Of a DNA stretch of 64,000 bases, positions 35,698-44,887 are shown piece by piece. Position 1 is the stretch's first letter. Each line of letters begins with the position of its first letter. The stretch is from the NCBI GenBank assembly GCA_003155695.1, contig PMDZ01000005.1, positions 49,913-113,912 of the forward strand, read 5' to 3'. Position numbers and translations under genes: made by a program. The notes beneath the pieces were generated by a model, which worked only from the letters and a program-made list of their open reading frames with translations, made no database searches and was not told where the DNA came from. The stretch is from Candidatus Nomurabacteria bacterium. Lineage in GTDB: Bacteria > Patescibacteriota > Minisyncoccia > Phycocordibacterales > UBA9973.

Positions 35698-36309
35698 CTA
35701 TTTTTTATTGTATTTCGGATGACTTTCGGGAATAGAATGAATATAATTTGCATACCGTGACATAGCAAAAAGAACACTTGAAAGTCTGTTGAGGTACGAA
35801 ATGGTAGCTCCGCTTATAATTCTACTTCCCTCGTCGCTGGCCGATATCACGCGTCGTTCGGTTTTACGAGCGAGCGTTCGAGCAAAATCAAGCCCAGAGC
35901 TTAGAATACTTCCACCGGAAATAGTGAAAGATGTAATCGGTGGCAAGATTTTTCCTATTTGATTTATAATATTTTCTATCTTTATTAATTCTTTTTTACT
36001 TACATATATTACCGAACCACCGAGTTCTGCTTGAATAATAAAAAGATTTTGCTGGATTTCCTCGATAATATCTCCATATAAAATTTTCTTGTTTCCAGTT
36101 TTTAGTATTATTTTATCAATACCGGAATAAACCTTTATTATACCGAGATATGCATTAAGTTCATCTACCGACCCAAGAGCTTCGACAAGGATGGAACTCT
36201 TGGAAATCCGCCCTTGTTTGCAATCGAACAAAGTCGTCGTCCCATTGTCTCCAAAACCGGTATATAGGATATTTTTCTTCTTTTTTGTATTTTTTTTGGC
36301 TCTCTTCAT
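35698..36309 (-). CDS. pduO: PduO-type ATP:cob(I)alamin adenosyltransferase
   Basis: YTG.GD.GTT, EALGSVDELN, ARTLARKTER, YLNRLS. Confidence 0.88.
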   Translation of the reverse strand: MKRAKKNTKKKKNILYTGFGDNGTTTLFDCKQGRISKSSILVEALGSVDELNAYLGIIKVYSGIDKIILKTGNKKILYGDIIEEIQQNLFIIQAELGGSVIYVSKKELIKIENIINQIGKILPPITSFTISGGSILSSGLDFARTLARKTERRVISASDEGSRIISGATISYLNRLSSVLFAMSRYANYIHSIPESHPKYNKK

Positions 36310-36353
36310 AATTCAAAGTATAACACTATTTTATTTGAGATATAAAATTACAA

Positions 36354-37292
36354 CTAAAAGAATATATATTTATTTATCGCGCTTCGGTAAACTCGGTAAG
36401 GTTTCGGACCGACAAAAGCTTTGCCGTTTATAAATATTGTCGGCGTGCCATAAAGGCCGGTTTTATCAAGTTCTTTTACTTGGTTATCAAATGCATTTTT
36501 TGTCTCGGGACTATTTGCACATTCATCAACTATCTTAACATCAAAATTAAAACTGGAAAGAATACTATCTAAATTTGTTTTATCTAAAATGTAATTCTTG
36601 TCAGCTTCAAATAGATAAGTGTTGAAATCCCAATACTTATCGGGATACATTTTATTTACACAGTATCCTGCTTCTCCTAAAAATGTTGTATCACCTTTTG
36701 CCGGATAATGGGCAAAAGTAAGTGTTGCATTTTTATTTTTAACTAGTTTTAAGATATCCGGATAGGCTTTCCTACTATAATCACAAGCATAGCATCCAAT
36801 GAAAACTACCTTATCTTTGCCGGTTACATTTTCGGTTGGAAAACCGGAAAGATCCACTCCTTTAAGGGTTACTGTTGCTTCTGTTTTTGGAGTAATACCA
36901 CAAGCCGTACTGTCACCAACTGCAGTTACTTTATTATTTGAACCACTTGGATCAAATGCACAAAATCCGCTTTGATTTAAACCATTACAACTTCCGTAAA
37001 CATAAAAATTAAATCCTCCGCGAATGACCCAAATAGTACTCCCCACCATTAAAATAAAAAATATCCAAGAAAATACTTCGTAATATTTATTGAGAACTTT
37101 GGCCAAAAATGTCGAGCGTTTCAAAACTTTTGCCAGAAGTTTTCCTTTAACTTTCTCGGCAAAGCTGGTATTGCATGGTCGGAATGTAATACGCCTAAAA
37201 ACACAACCAAAAGCCTCTTTGGCCAGTGCTCTCTGTGTTGCGCTGAATATTCCCATTATTCCAAATACAATTAAGGCAACTAGGCAAGGCAT
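36354..37292 (-). CDS. Cys-rich membrane protein with C-terminal DsbA/thioredoxin-fold domain
   Basis: GCYACDYS active-site region, GTPTIFING cis-Pro loop, two N-terminal hydrophobic segments. Confidence 0.75.
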   Translation of the reverse strand: MPCLVALIVFGIMGIFSATQRALAKEAFGCVFRRITFRPCNTSFAEKVKGKLLAKVLKRSTFLAKVLNKYYEVFSWIFFILMVGSTIWVIRGGFNFYVYGSCNGLNQSGFCAFDPSGSNNKVTAVGDSTACGITPKTEATVTLKGVDLSGFPTENVTGKDKVVFIGCYACDYSRKAYPDILKLVKNKNATLTFAHYPAKGDTTFLGEAGYCVNKMYPDKYWDFNTYLFEADKNYILDKTNLDSILSSFNFDVKIVDECANSPETKNAFDNQVKELDKTGLYGTPTIFINGKAFVGPKPYRVYRSAINKYIFF

Positions 37293-37296
37293 AAAT

Positions 37297-38505
37297 TTAT
37301 AGTATTTTTACAATCTGATTTAAGTTTTTAATAAATATTTCCGCTTCTTCCATCGTGTTATATAAATATAAAGAGACTCGCGCAGAATTGTAAATCTTTT
37401 TATTTTCAAACCAAGAATGCACACAATGTCTTCCGGAACGTATTGCGATATTTGCCATTTCATCCAGCATTATTGCAATTTTATGCATATCTGTTCCTTC
37501 AATGTAAAAATTCACAATACCAGATTTAAGTTTTTGATCTTCTGGGCCAATAATTTTTATCTGCGGAATTTTCTTTAATTCTTCCGTGATATAAGTATTT
37601 AATCTTAATTCATGTTCAGCGATGTCTTTAAAATCAAACTGGCTTAAATATTTTACCGCTCTCCCTAGCCCGATAATTCCAGCATAATTCTGGAGCCCAG
37701 CTTCAAATTTCTCAGGAATTGGGAGCATTTTATAGCTATCATAGGTGGTAAATTCAACTGTATCTCCACCAACCATGAAGGGCTGCAATTTCTCCAGCAA
37801 CTCGCGCTTGCCATAAAAAACTCCAGTGCCGGTCGGGCCCAACATTTTGTGTCCCGAGAAGGCCAAGAAATCAACATTCAAATCTTGCACGTCTATTTTT
37901 CTATGAGCAATACTTTGGGCGGCATCGACAAAGACAAGAGCATTATTTTTGTGAGCAATTTCTGTAATTTCTTTTATCGGATTTGTCACCCCGTCCAGAT
38001 TTGAAGTGTGAACAATAGAAACAATTTTTGCACCGGCAATTATTTTGGAAAAATTATCCAAATTAAAACTCCCATTTTCGTTTCCGGGAATTATTTTTAC
38101 AACTATACCAATCTTGTCCCGCAGGACTAGCCACGGAACCAAATTCGAATTGTGCTCTTTATCAGAAATTAAAACGATATCATCTTTCTTCAAGCCAATA
38201 GAATTTGCGAATAAATTTATTCCCTCGGTCGTATTCCGGGTAAAAATTATTTCATCGTCGCTATTTGCATTTATGAATTTTGCGATAATTTGTCTCGCCT
38301 CCTTCACTTTCTCTGTAGCTTTATTGCTCAGTTTATGAAAACTCCTAAGCGCGCATGCCGGATAGTTGAAATAATATTCATTCATGGCCTCTACCACTTG
38401 ATTTGGCTTTAGACTCATACAGGCACTATCAAAATATATAGGAGCAGGCCCATTTTTACCATTTAAAATATTAAAATCCGCCCTTATTTTTTTAGTATTT
38501 AACAT
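37297..38505 (-). CDS. sufS: SufS-type cysteine desulfurase
   Basis: YFDSA, FTRNTTEGIN, EHNSN, DAAQS, FSGHKMLGPTG.G, RSGRHC, RVS.YLYNT. Confidence 0.9.
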   Translation of the reverse strand: MLNTKKIRADFNILNGKNGPAPIYFDSACMSLKPNQVVEAMNEYYFNYPACALRSFHKLSNKATEKVKEARQIIAKFINANSDDEIIFTRNTTEGINLFANSIGLKKDDIVLISDKEHNSNLVPWLVLRDKIGIVVKIIPGNENGSFNLDNFSKIIAGAKIVSIVHTSNLDGVTNPIKEITEIAHKNNALVFVDAAQSIAHRKIDVQDLNVDFLAFSGHKMLGPTGTGVFYGKRELLEKLQPFMVGGDTVEFTTYDSYKMLPIPEKFEAGLQNYAGIIGLGRAVKYLSQFDFKDIAEHELRLNTYITEELKKIPQIKIIGPEDQKLKSGIVNFYIEGTDMHKIAIMLDEMANIAIRSGRHCVHSWFENKKIYNSARVSLYLYNTMEEAEIFIKNLNQIVKIL

Positions 38506-38531
38506 AACAATTACCGATTATAGCACATATT

Positions 38532-38930
38532 TTACTGTTCGGTCGTCACTCCATCAAATTCCGGTCCATCTTTTTCAGCCTCACTCTTGGTTGCACGAAC
38601 TATGCCATCTTTATGATGAGCAGGAGAATAAATTGTGTAAAGCTTAAGACCATCACTGCCTGCCGTGACGTTGTGATTTGCCCCGGAAGGGACGATAACC
38701 GCATCGCCATCTTTAACTTCATAAATCATGTCATTAATTATGACTTGACCACTGCCCTTTTCGAAACGGAAAAATTGGTCATTGTCGGTGTGCACTTCCA
38801 TACCAATTTCTTCGTTTGGCAATAAACTCATAAGAACAAGCTGACAATGCTCGCCCGTATATAAAACCTTGCGAAAATTATTATTCTCCGTTGTTAATTT
38901 TTCTATATTATCTTTGTATCCTTTTTTCAT
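38532..38930 (-). CDS. Cupin domain protein
   Basis: NFRKVLYTG, EEIGMEVH, DQFFRFE.G, HNV, KLYTIYSP. Confidence 0.88.
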   Translation of the reverse strand: MKKGYKDNIEKLTTENNNFRKVLYTGEHCQLVLMSLLPNEEIGMEVHTDNDQFFRFEKGSGQVIINDMIYEVKDGDAVIVPSGANHNVTAGSDGLKLYTIYSPAHHKDGIVRATKSEAEKDGPEFDGVTTEQ

Positions 38931-38977
38931 ATATTTGTATTAATATTAATTTTTCTAATATGCCAATTATACCATCT

Positions 38978-39580
38978 TTATTCTAATTTACGCATTATAA
39001 ACTTTTTACCGAAAGAAATAATGAGTAAAACCAGAACCAGCCCTATAATTAAAGAAATTTTTCCAACTGTTGTATTTATCGACTGCCAGCTGTCGGCAAA
39101 AAAATAACCTATCAAAGAATAAAAACAAACCTGAGTAATACTTCCCAAAAACTCATGGACAAAATATTTCCTATAATTTGTTTTGCTTATTCCGGAAAGA
39201 AGATTAACCGACAATGTCGACAAAACTTCAAAACGACTGATAAAAACAATTAAACCCGGACGTTTATTAAACTTATTTTCTAAACTTTTATAACCATCCG
39301 ACTCTAAAACTCTTCGGAAACCAACACGAGAAAGAACTTCCCTACCGTATTTTCTCGCTATCCAGTATCCCAGATTATCTCCTAAAATATTTCCGGTAAT
39401 CGAAAGAATAATTACCCAATAAATATTAAAGTATCCGATGCGCGCATAGGCCGATGCTGCTGTCAGTATACTTCCGGAGGGAATTGGAATAATGAACGCT
39501 GCCACAAAAGCAATGGCAAAGATTGTTGCATATCTATAAAGTAACAAATATGAGATTAGGGCCTGCAATATAATATTCAT
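38978..39580 (-). CDS. DedA family membrane protein
   Basis: GDNLGYWI.RKYG, VFISRF; start moved to MNIILQ. Confidence 0.88.
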   Translation of the reverse strand: MNIILQALISYLLLYRYATIFAIAFVAAFIIPIPSGSILTAASAYARIGYFNIYWVIILSITGNILGDNLGYWIARKYGREVLSRVGFRRVLESDGYKSLENKFNKRPGLIVFISRFEVLSTLSVNLLSGISKTNYRKYFVHEFLGSITQVCFYSLIGYFFADSWQSINTTVGKISLIIGLVLVLLIISFGKKFIMRKLE

Positions 39581-39661
39581 AACAAAAAGAATAAAACCTC
39601 CAACCCTTAAAATATACCACAATAAACGCGAAACTTATACAGAATAATGTAATTCCAAACG

Positions 39662-39707
39662 AAAAACCGACTCGTAACGTATCAAATATGTTTACGAACC
39701 AGTTTTT
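39662..39707 (-). terminator. Putative terminator after secreted protein gene
   Basis: Minus-strand stem AAAAACTGGTTCGTAA...TTACGAGTCGGTTTTT with G-U pairs. Confidence 0.55.
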
Positions 39708-39748
39708 TATCTTTGTTTAATATAAAGATTATGTTAAAAAAAATTATG

Positions 39749-40078
39749 CTAAACAGTTGGGTGCTCCAATTCTCTTCTAATTGAATTCGCCTCTTTAATC
39801 TTCCCTTCATTTGCCAATTTCCAAGCTTCGACAAACTTATCAAAATTATCTTGCGTAATAACATCACTTACACTACCATCTCCTACTTTATTTTCTATGA
39901 GATCCTTCCAACCATTATAGTCTTTATTAGTCAAGACTTCAGTAATCTCTGCTTGAAAGTCCGGAGTATAATTTGGGCCATTTTTTGAAAAATCTCCTTG
40001 ATATGCAAAAGCGCTTCCCGAAACACCTAAACCTAACACTAGAGCCATCAAACCACTCATCATCAATTTATTTCTCAT
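39749..40078 (-). CDS. Small secreted protein, probable ECF sigma (2) target
   Basis: Signal peptide ending AFA; DY..WK and ITQDNF.KFVEA; ECF-like promoter upstream. Confidence 0.7.
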   Translation of the reverse strand: MRNKLMMSGLMALVLGLGVSGSAFAYQGDFSKNGPNYTPDFQAEITEVLTNKDYNGWKDLIENKVGDGSVSDVITQDNFDKFVEAWKLANEGKIKEANSIRRELEHPTV

Positions 40079-40164
40079 TTTTTTGTTGTTTACTTTGTTT
40101 ACATCTCACAAAGTATTTAGTTAATGTTTATAAGTGTAAATGATTGTCGTCATCTACACCCATA

Positions 40165-40191
40165 ATACGCGAGAGATTTGAGTTTTATCTC
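40165..40191 (-). promoter_or_regulatory. Putative ECF promoter (target)
   Basis: GAGATAAAA-12 nt-GCGTAT, same spacing as 41485-41511. Confidence 0.6.
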
Positions 40192-40904
40192 ACTGTGCAA
40201 CAATCCTGATTTATGCCGTTCCCAGCTGGGTATATCTCTTCCGCATTGAAGATGATTGTATTGTCTTTTTTGTCTCCGATGATTTTTATTATTTTCCCTA
40301 CACCAATTTTAGCCTGTTTATCTATAGAGGCACTTCCAATATTTATATCCCAAATGACACTATCGGCGTCGACTATCTTAATTAAACTTCCATCAACTAT
40401 TATTATTTTCCCCAAAAGAAGTCCTTCTTCCGGTTGAGACCAAAATCCGTTCCTGTCGAATATTACGGCGTTATAAACCGGGACATTCGCGGATATGGAT
40501 TGTTCTATAATTTCTCCCAACCCAAATAAATAAAGAATGGACCCGATAATGACTGTTAAAATAATATATGCACCGATAATTGTCATCAAGCGATGACGGT
40601 GGCCTAATAGTGTCTTTCGGTAATAAAATTCACCCAAAATAGTAAACAACAAAAGACAAATTACCCAGAAGTATGGTAACGATTTTAAAATAAAACCGAA
40701 TCCAAATTTATTATACAAATACCAATCATTATTAAATAAAATGGAAAGAGTTACAGAAAATGATACCGCTCCGACAAGAACAGCGAATCCGACAAGGGAC
40801 CAAAAAAGAACTCTCTTTAGGTTAAAGACATTTTTGGAAATTGGCTTGATACCACTTTCTTTAATCTTTTCAAATGCTATTTGACTTATATCTTTGTTTT
40901 CCAT
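40185..40904 (-). CDS. Putative multi-TM anti-sigma factor
   Basis: Starts 1 nt after sigma stop; 3 TMs plus C-terminal beta domain. Confidence 0.6.
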   Translation of the reverse strand: MENKDISQIAFEKIKESGIKPISKNVFNLKRVLFWSLVGFAVLVGAVSFSVTLSILFNNDWYLYNKFGFGFILKSLPYFWVICLLLFTILGEFYYRKTLLGHRHRLMTIIGAYIILTVIIGSILYLFGLGEIIEQSISANVPVYNAVIFDRNGFWSQPEEGLLLGKIIIVDGSLIKIVDADSVIWDINIGSASIDKQAKIGVGKIIKIIGDKKDNTIIFNAEEIYPAGNGINQDCCTVR

Positions 40905-40905
40905 A

Positions 40906-41472
40906 CTATTTTAATTTTTCGTACTCTTTCTTGAAAAGTATTTTTCCTCTAGCTATTAAATTCCCGACCGTACTTGTTGGTTTTTTCAAGATATCGGCTA
41001 TTTCCACATAATCCTTTTCATCAAGAAACCTAAGGATAAGAACTTCACGATATTTTTCATCCAGCATTGAAAGTGCTTCGTCTATCTTTTGTCGGTCTAT
41101 TGAATTATCTATATCTTTAACTATATCAAAAGCATCTTCAAATCTGTCTATGTCTTCCTTCTCGAGCGATATCGTTGGTCTGATGGATTTCTTTCTGATT
41201 TCACTGATAGTTTGATTGTGGGCAATGCGATATATCCAGGAAGAAAATTTCAAATCGGGGTTAAACTCATTTAAGTTATAATATGTTTTTATGAAAACAT
41301 CCTGTAATATATCTTCGGCATCTTCTCTGTCCAGTCTTGAGATTCTCATGATATAGCGAAGGAGTTTGTCTTCATATCTCCTCGTTAGACACAAAAAATG
41401 ATCAGAGTTGTCGAGCGACAATTTGACCAGTTCACTATCCGACTTTTCGTTACAGTCTTCATGATTTGTCAT
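40906..41472 (-). CDS. ECF RNA polymerase sigma factor (2)
   Basis: DAEDILQDVFIK, FSSWIYRIAHN, region 4 Y.EIADIL.KP.STV; start moved to MTNHED. Confidence 0.93.
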   Translation of the reverse strand: MTNHEDCNEKSDSELVKLSLDNSDHFLCLTRRYEDKLLRYIMRISRLDREDAEDILQDVFIKTYYNLNEFNPDLKFSSWIYRIAHNQTISEIRKKSIRPTISLEKEDIDRFEDAFDIVKDIDNSIDRQKIDEALSMLDEKYREVLILRFLDEKDYVEIADILKKPTSTVGNLIARGKILFKKEYEKLK

Positions 41473-41484
41473 TACACATACATT

Positions 41485-41511
41485 ATACGCATATTGGGGC
41501 AATTTTGTCGC
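41485..41511 (-). promoter_or_regulatory. Putative ECF autoregulatory promoter
   Basis: GCGACAAAA-12 nt-GCGTAT upstream of sigma (2). Confidence 0.6.
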
Positions 41512-41521
41512 GTTCTGGAGA

Positions 41522-41557
41522 AAAAAGACTGATAATATCTTAATTATCAGTCTTTTT
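41522..41557 (-). terminator. Intrinsic terminator
   Basis: 15 bp perfect inverted repeat AAAAAGACTGATAAT/ATTATCAGTCTTTTT. Confidence 0.7.
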
Positions 41558-41600
41558 AGAAACACATTATTTTATTATATGTATGTGCTTTTCTTTTTTC

Positions 41601-42233
41601 TTATTTCATATCTACAGCTGGGACAGGATTTGTTGGAGTTTCTGATTTCATTTTTGAAAATTCACGATACATCATTATCATAATAATAAAACCAATCGGG
41701 TAAGTCACAAACCCTCCGACAAAGAAAACAATGAAACCAACCGCCATAAATAATCCAATAAGAAAGCTTTTCCAAAATAATTGCCAACCGTAACCTTTTG
41801 TCATATTCCAAGCTTCTTCTATTGTTATTCTTGCTCCCTGATTTTTTTCTACCGAAAGATATATTGCAAATATCAAACGCCCGCAAACATACAATCCCGG
41901 AATTACAAGTAATATGATTCCGCCAAGAATCGACAACATGTATAAAATTATTGTTTTGAACAAGTTCCAAAATTGTGGAAGTGAAGGTAAAGCTTCTTTG
42001 GAAAAAGGATTGAAATCTTTTTTATCGACTAAACTAAAACCAAAACGTATCCAAATATATGCGAGTATCAAACTAACGACATAAGAAAGTGTCGCCAATA
42101 TCAAATTATGACCGGAACCGACAGCCTTGACCACCAGAGTTATAACAAGTAATAATATGAACGTCCCAAAATGTAGCTTGTAAATTGGCCACACTTCTTT
42201 GATTTTAGCCCAAATTTTAAATGTAAATTGCAT
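41601..42233 (-). CDS. Integral membrane protein (DUF975-like)
   Basis: Multiple TMs, LLVIPG, AW.MTKG..WQLF. Confidence 0.65.
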   Translation of the reverse strand: MQFTFKIWAKIKEVWPIYKLHFGTFILLLVITLVVKAVGSGHNLILATLSYVVSLILAYIWIRFGFSLVDKKDFNPFSKEALPSLPQFWNLFKTIILYMLSILGGIILLVIPGLYVCGRLIFAIYLSVEKNQGARITIEEAWNMTKGYGWQLFWKSFLIGLFMAVGFIVFFVGGFVTYPIGFIIMIMMYREFSKMKSETPTNPVPAVDMK

Positions 42234-42291
42234 AAAAATTATAATTAGAAATTAATAATAAGTTTTTATATTATACCATATAAGATTAAAT

Positions 42292-42537
42292 TTATGCATT
42301 TATTAATTTGAGTTTTTCGCTCCTTTTCATCTTCTTGACAATAATTTCTCTCTTCAGCGATTTACTCTTGGTTCTATATTTTTCGAAATAAACCAACTTA
42401 ACAGGGCGACGAGCTTTGGTATACCGCGCTCCGGATTTTAATTTATTGTGAGCAAGAACCCTTTTGGCAAGGTTATTAGTATATCCAGTGTAGAGAGTTT
42501 TGTCTTTACATTTTAAAATATAAACATAGTGTTCCAC
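42292..42537 (-). CDS. Small GIY-YIG nuclease (YazA/UPF0213-like)
   Basis: YVYIL.C.D.TLYTGYTNNL.KR...HN, GARYT..RRP; likely GTG start 6 nt after TATAAT. Confidence 0.9.
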   Translation of the reverse strand: MEHYVYILKCKDKTLYTGYTNNLAKRVLAHNKLKSGARYTKARRPVKLVYFEKYRTKSKSLKREIIVKKMKRSEKLKLINA

Positions 42538-42557
42538 CAGTTTATTATACAACTAAT

Positions 42558-42584
42558 TCTCCGCTAGGACTTTCCTAGCGGAGA
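42558..42584. repeat. REP-like palindrome
   Basis: TCTCCGCTAGGA-ctt-TCCTAGCGGAGA. Confidence 0.65.
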
Positions 42585-42919
42585 GTCAGTTGGTTCTTCC
42601 TTAGATTTTTCCTAATTTCTTTATAGCCTGGAACAGTTTTCGCCACCAAATCCCAAAATTTACGTGAGTGATTAAATTCTCCGAGGTGACACAATTCATG
42701 GACGATAATATAATCGGATGATTTTTGAGGAAGCAGGGCAATTTTATAATTGAAATTCAAGTTCCCTTTTTTGGAACAGCTTCCCCAGCGGGTTTTTTGG
42801 TTGCGGATAACGATTCGATTCCATTTATAATTATAAAACATATTAAAATATTCAATTCTATCTTTGACAATTTGAAGTGCCTTATCTTTATTTTCCAGAT
42901 AATTTTTATTTCTCTTCAT
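42575..42919 (-). CDS. YgjP/DUF45-like zinc metallohydrolase
   Basis: KTRWGSCS, DYIIVHELCHL..FNHS..FW. Confidence 0.88.
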   Translation of the reverse strand: MKRNKNYLENKDKALQIVKDRIEYFNMFYNYKWNRIVIRNQKTRWGSCSKKGNLNFNYKIALLPQKSSDYIIVHELCHLGEFNHSRKFWDLVAKTVPGYKEIRKNLRKNQLTLR

Positions 42920-42925
42920 AAAAAA

Positions 42926-43441
42926 TTATTTCTTTTTCTTTGCTACTATTTTTTTTGCTGAAACTTTTGCAACCGGTACTTTCTTAACTTCCTGTTTAAC
43001 AACAATAGGGGCAGTATTTATGACAGGTTTTGTTTCTTTTGGCTGAGGAAGTTTCTCTATCGCCGCCATGATGCGGTCAAGTCTGGCATTTATTTCTCCA
43101 AATTGCTTGGTCATATCATTCTGAGTTCCCATGGGCTTTGAAAAAGGTGGCGGTGGCAAAGGTCTATCATTAAATTCTCTTTTTGGTCCATGATCTCCGA
43201 AATCTCTACGAGGTCCGCGATCATCATTACCTCTTTTTTTACTAAAACATTCATTGCAATACACAGGCTTATCGCCCGATGGACGAAAAGGAACTTCACA
43301 ACTTTTGTGACATTCATCGCAAATTGCTTTATACATTGTAACTTCACCTCTATCACTTCGATAATTTGACCTTCCTCCGCTATTTCCACCTCTGAAACCT
43401 CCTCCTCTATTTCCACCACCATTACCTTGAAAATTTGCCAT
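42926..43441 (-). CDS. CxxC-x17-CxxC zinc-ribbon protein with RGG-rich ends
   Basis: CDECHKSCEVPFRPSGDKPVYCNECF; start moved to MANFQG. Confidence 0.85.
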   Translation of the reverse strand: MANFQGNGGGNRGGGFRGGNSGGRSNYRSDRGEVTMYKAICDECHKSCEVPFRPSGDKPVYCNECFSKKRGNDDRGPRRDFGDHGPKREFNDRPLPPPPFSKPMGTQNDMTKQFGEINARLDRIMAAIEKLPQPKETKPVINTAPIVVKQEVKKVPVAKVSAKKIVAKKKK

Positions 43442-43574
43442 AAAATTATGTATATTTTTACCTGCCACGCTGGACAAGTTATTATGATTATGAATAGATA
43501 ATATGCTTTTAGACCTCAAAAAGCAAGAAGAGTGTAATTATTTTGAATTTCTGATATAATTACTGAACATTTAT

Positions 43575-44171
43575 ATGGAAATTTTCCTTCAGCATATTGC
43601 TACTTGGCTTGATTCCTCAAAATATATTCTGCTTTTTTTAGGTTGTATTATTGAAGGTCCGGTCGTCATGATGATTAGTGGCTTTCTTTTCAGTCTCGGT
43701 CAATTTCATTTACTCCCTATGTATGTGGCTCTAGTCTCTGGCGATTTTACTGCAGATATCGGCTGGTATATTTTGGGTAGATTTGGAACCCGCAATGCCA
43801 TTTTCAAATACGGGCATTTTATTGGCTTAACTCCGGAGATTCTCGAGAAAGTGGAAGACCGCTTTAGACATTATCATCAGAAAATTTTAATCATTTCAAA
43901 ACTAACGATGGGTTTCGGGTTTGCCGTGGTAGTCTTGATGGTTGCCGGTATGTTTAAAGTTCCTTTCAAAAATTATGTTGTTTTGAATCTTGTCGGTGGT
44001 TTTATTTGGACAGCATTCCTCCTGGTTGTAGGTTACTTTTTTGGCAATGTATTTGCTATAATTCCAAAGTCGTTTAAGATTGTTTTTATTGTATTTGTAA
44101 TAACAATATTTATCGTCGGTATAAAATATGCCAACAAATATATTATGAAAAAAGAAATATGGACCCGATAA
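43575..44171 (+). CDS. DedA family membrane protein
   Basis: IIEGP, D..WY.LGRFG, IISKLT. Confidence 0.82.
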   Translation: MEIFLQHIATWLDSSKYILLFLGCIIEGPVVMMISGFLFSLGQFHLLPMYVALVSGDFTADIGWYILGRFGTRNAIFKYGHFIGLTPEILEKVEDRFRHYHQKILIISKLTMGFGFAVVVLMVAGMFKVPFKNYVVLNLVGGFIWTAFLLVVGYFFGNVFAIIPKSFKIVFIVFVITIFIVGIKYANKYIMKKEIWTR

Positions 44172-44887
44172 TATCAATTATTATTCCCACATTAAACGAA
44201 GAAAAAATTCTTGAGAAGACATTAAAGTCTTTGAGGGAGTTTAGGGGTAGCTACGAAATAATAGTTTCCGATGGAAAAAGCACAGATAAAACACTAAGTA
44301 TTGCCAGACAATACGCCGACCAAATTGTCGAATATAAGGATGAACCTAGACAAACAATTGCGATGGGGAGAAATCTCGGAGCCAAAGTCGCCAAGAGCAA
44401 ATATCTTGTTTTTGTCGATGCCGATGTGACAATTCCCGATATAAATAATTTTTTTGCCAAAGCTGTCGATTTATTCGAAAAAAACAATAAGTTGGTTGGA
44501 CTGACAGCTTTCGTCAAAGTTTTTCCGGAAATGTGCACATTCGGCGATAGATTATTTTTTGGGGTTGTTAATATGGGCAGTTATTTTTTTAATAATATTT
44601 TAAATAGTGGTAGCGCTCTGGGCGAATTTCAGATGATTCGATCCGATACTTTCAGAAAGTTAGGTGGATATAACGAGAAAATAGTCGTCGGTGAAGACAT
44701 TGAAATGTTTTCGAGATTATCACGTATCGGAAAAGTCCATACAGAGCCATCCATATACATACTCCATACATCAAGACGTGCACACAATATCGGTTGGTCA
44801 TCGTTGTTCTTTTTTAGTATAAAAAATGCTATTCATCTTCGTCTTTATAAACGTTCTTCCGTTTTGGAATGGGAACCTATTCGTTAG
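44159..44887 (+). CDS. GT2 family glycosyltransferase
   Basis: ISIIIPTLNEE, DGKSTD, RN.GA, FVDAD, GGYNE...GED. Confidence 0.9.
   Translation: MDPIISIIIPTLNEEKILEKTLKSLREFRGSYEIIVSDGKSTDKTLSIARQYADQIVEYKDEPRQTIAMGRNLGAKVAKSKYLVFVDADVTIPDINNFFAKAVDLFEKNNKLVGLTAFVKVFPEMCTFGDRLFFGVVNMGSYFFNNILNSGSALGEFQMIRSDTFRKLGGYNEKIVVGEDIEMFSRLSRIGKVHTEPSIYILHTSRRAHNIGWSSLFFFSIKNAIHLRLYKRSSVLEWEPIR

Noticed and set aside
42292-42919. GIY-YIG plus YgjP-like pair as a homing endonuclease or restriction system
   Set aside because: The nuclease is the short stand-alone type; no intron, methyltransferase or hsd genes nearby
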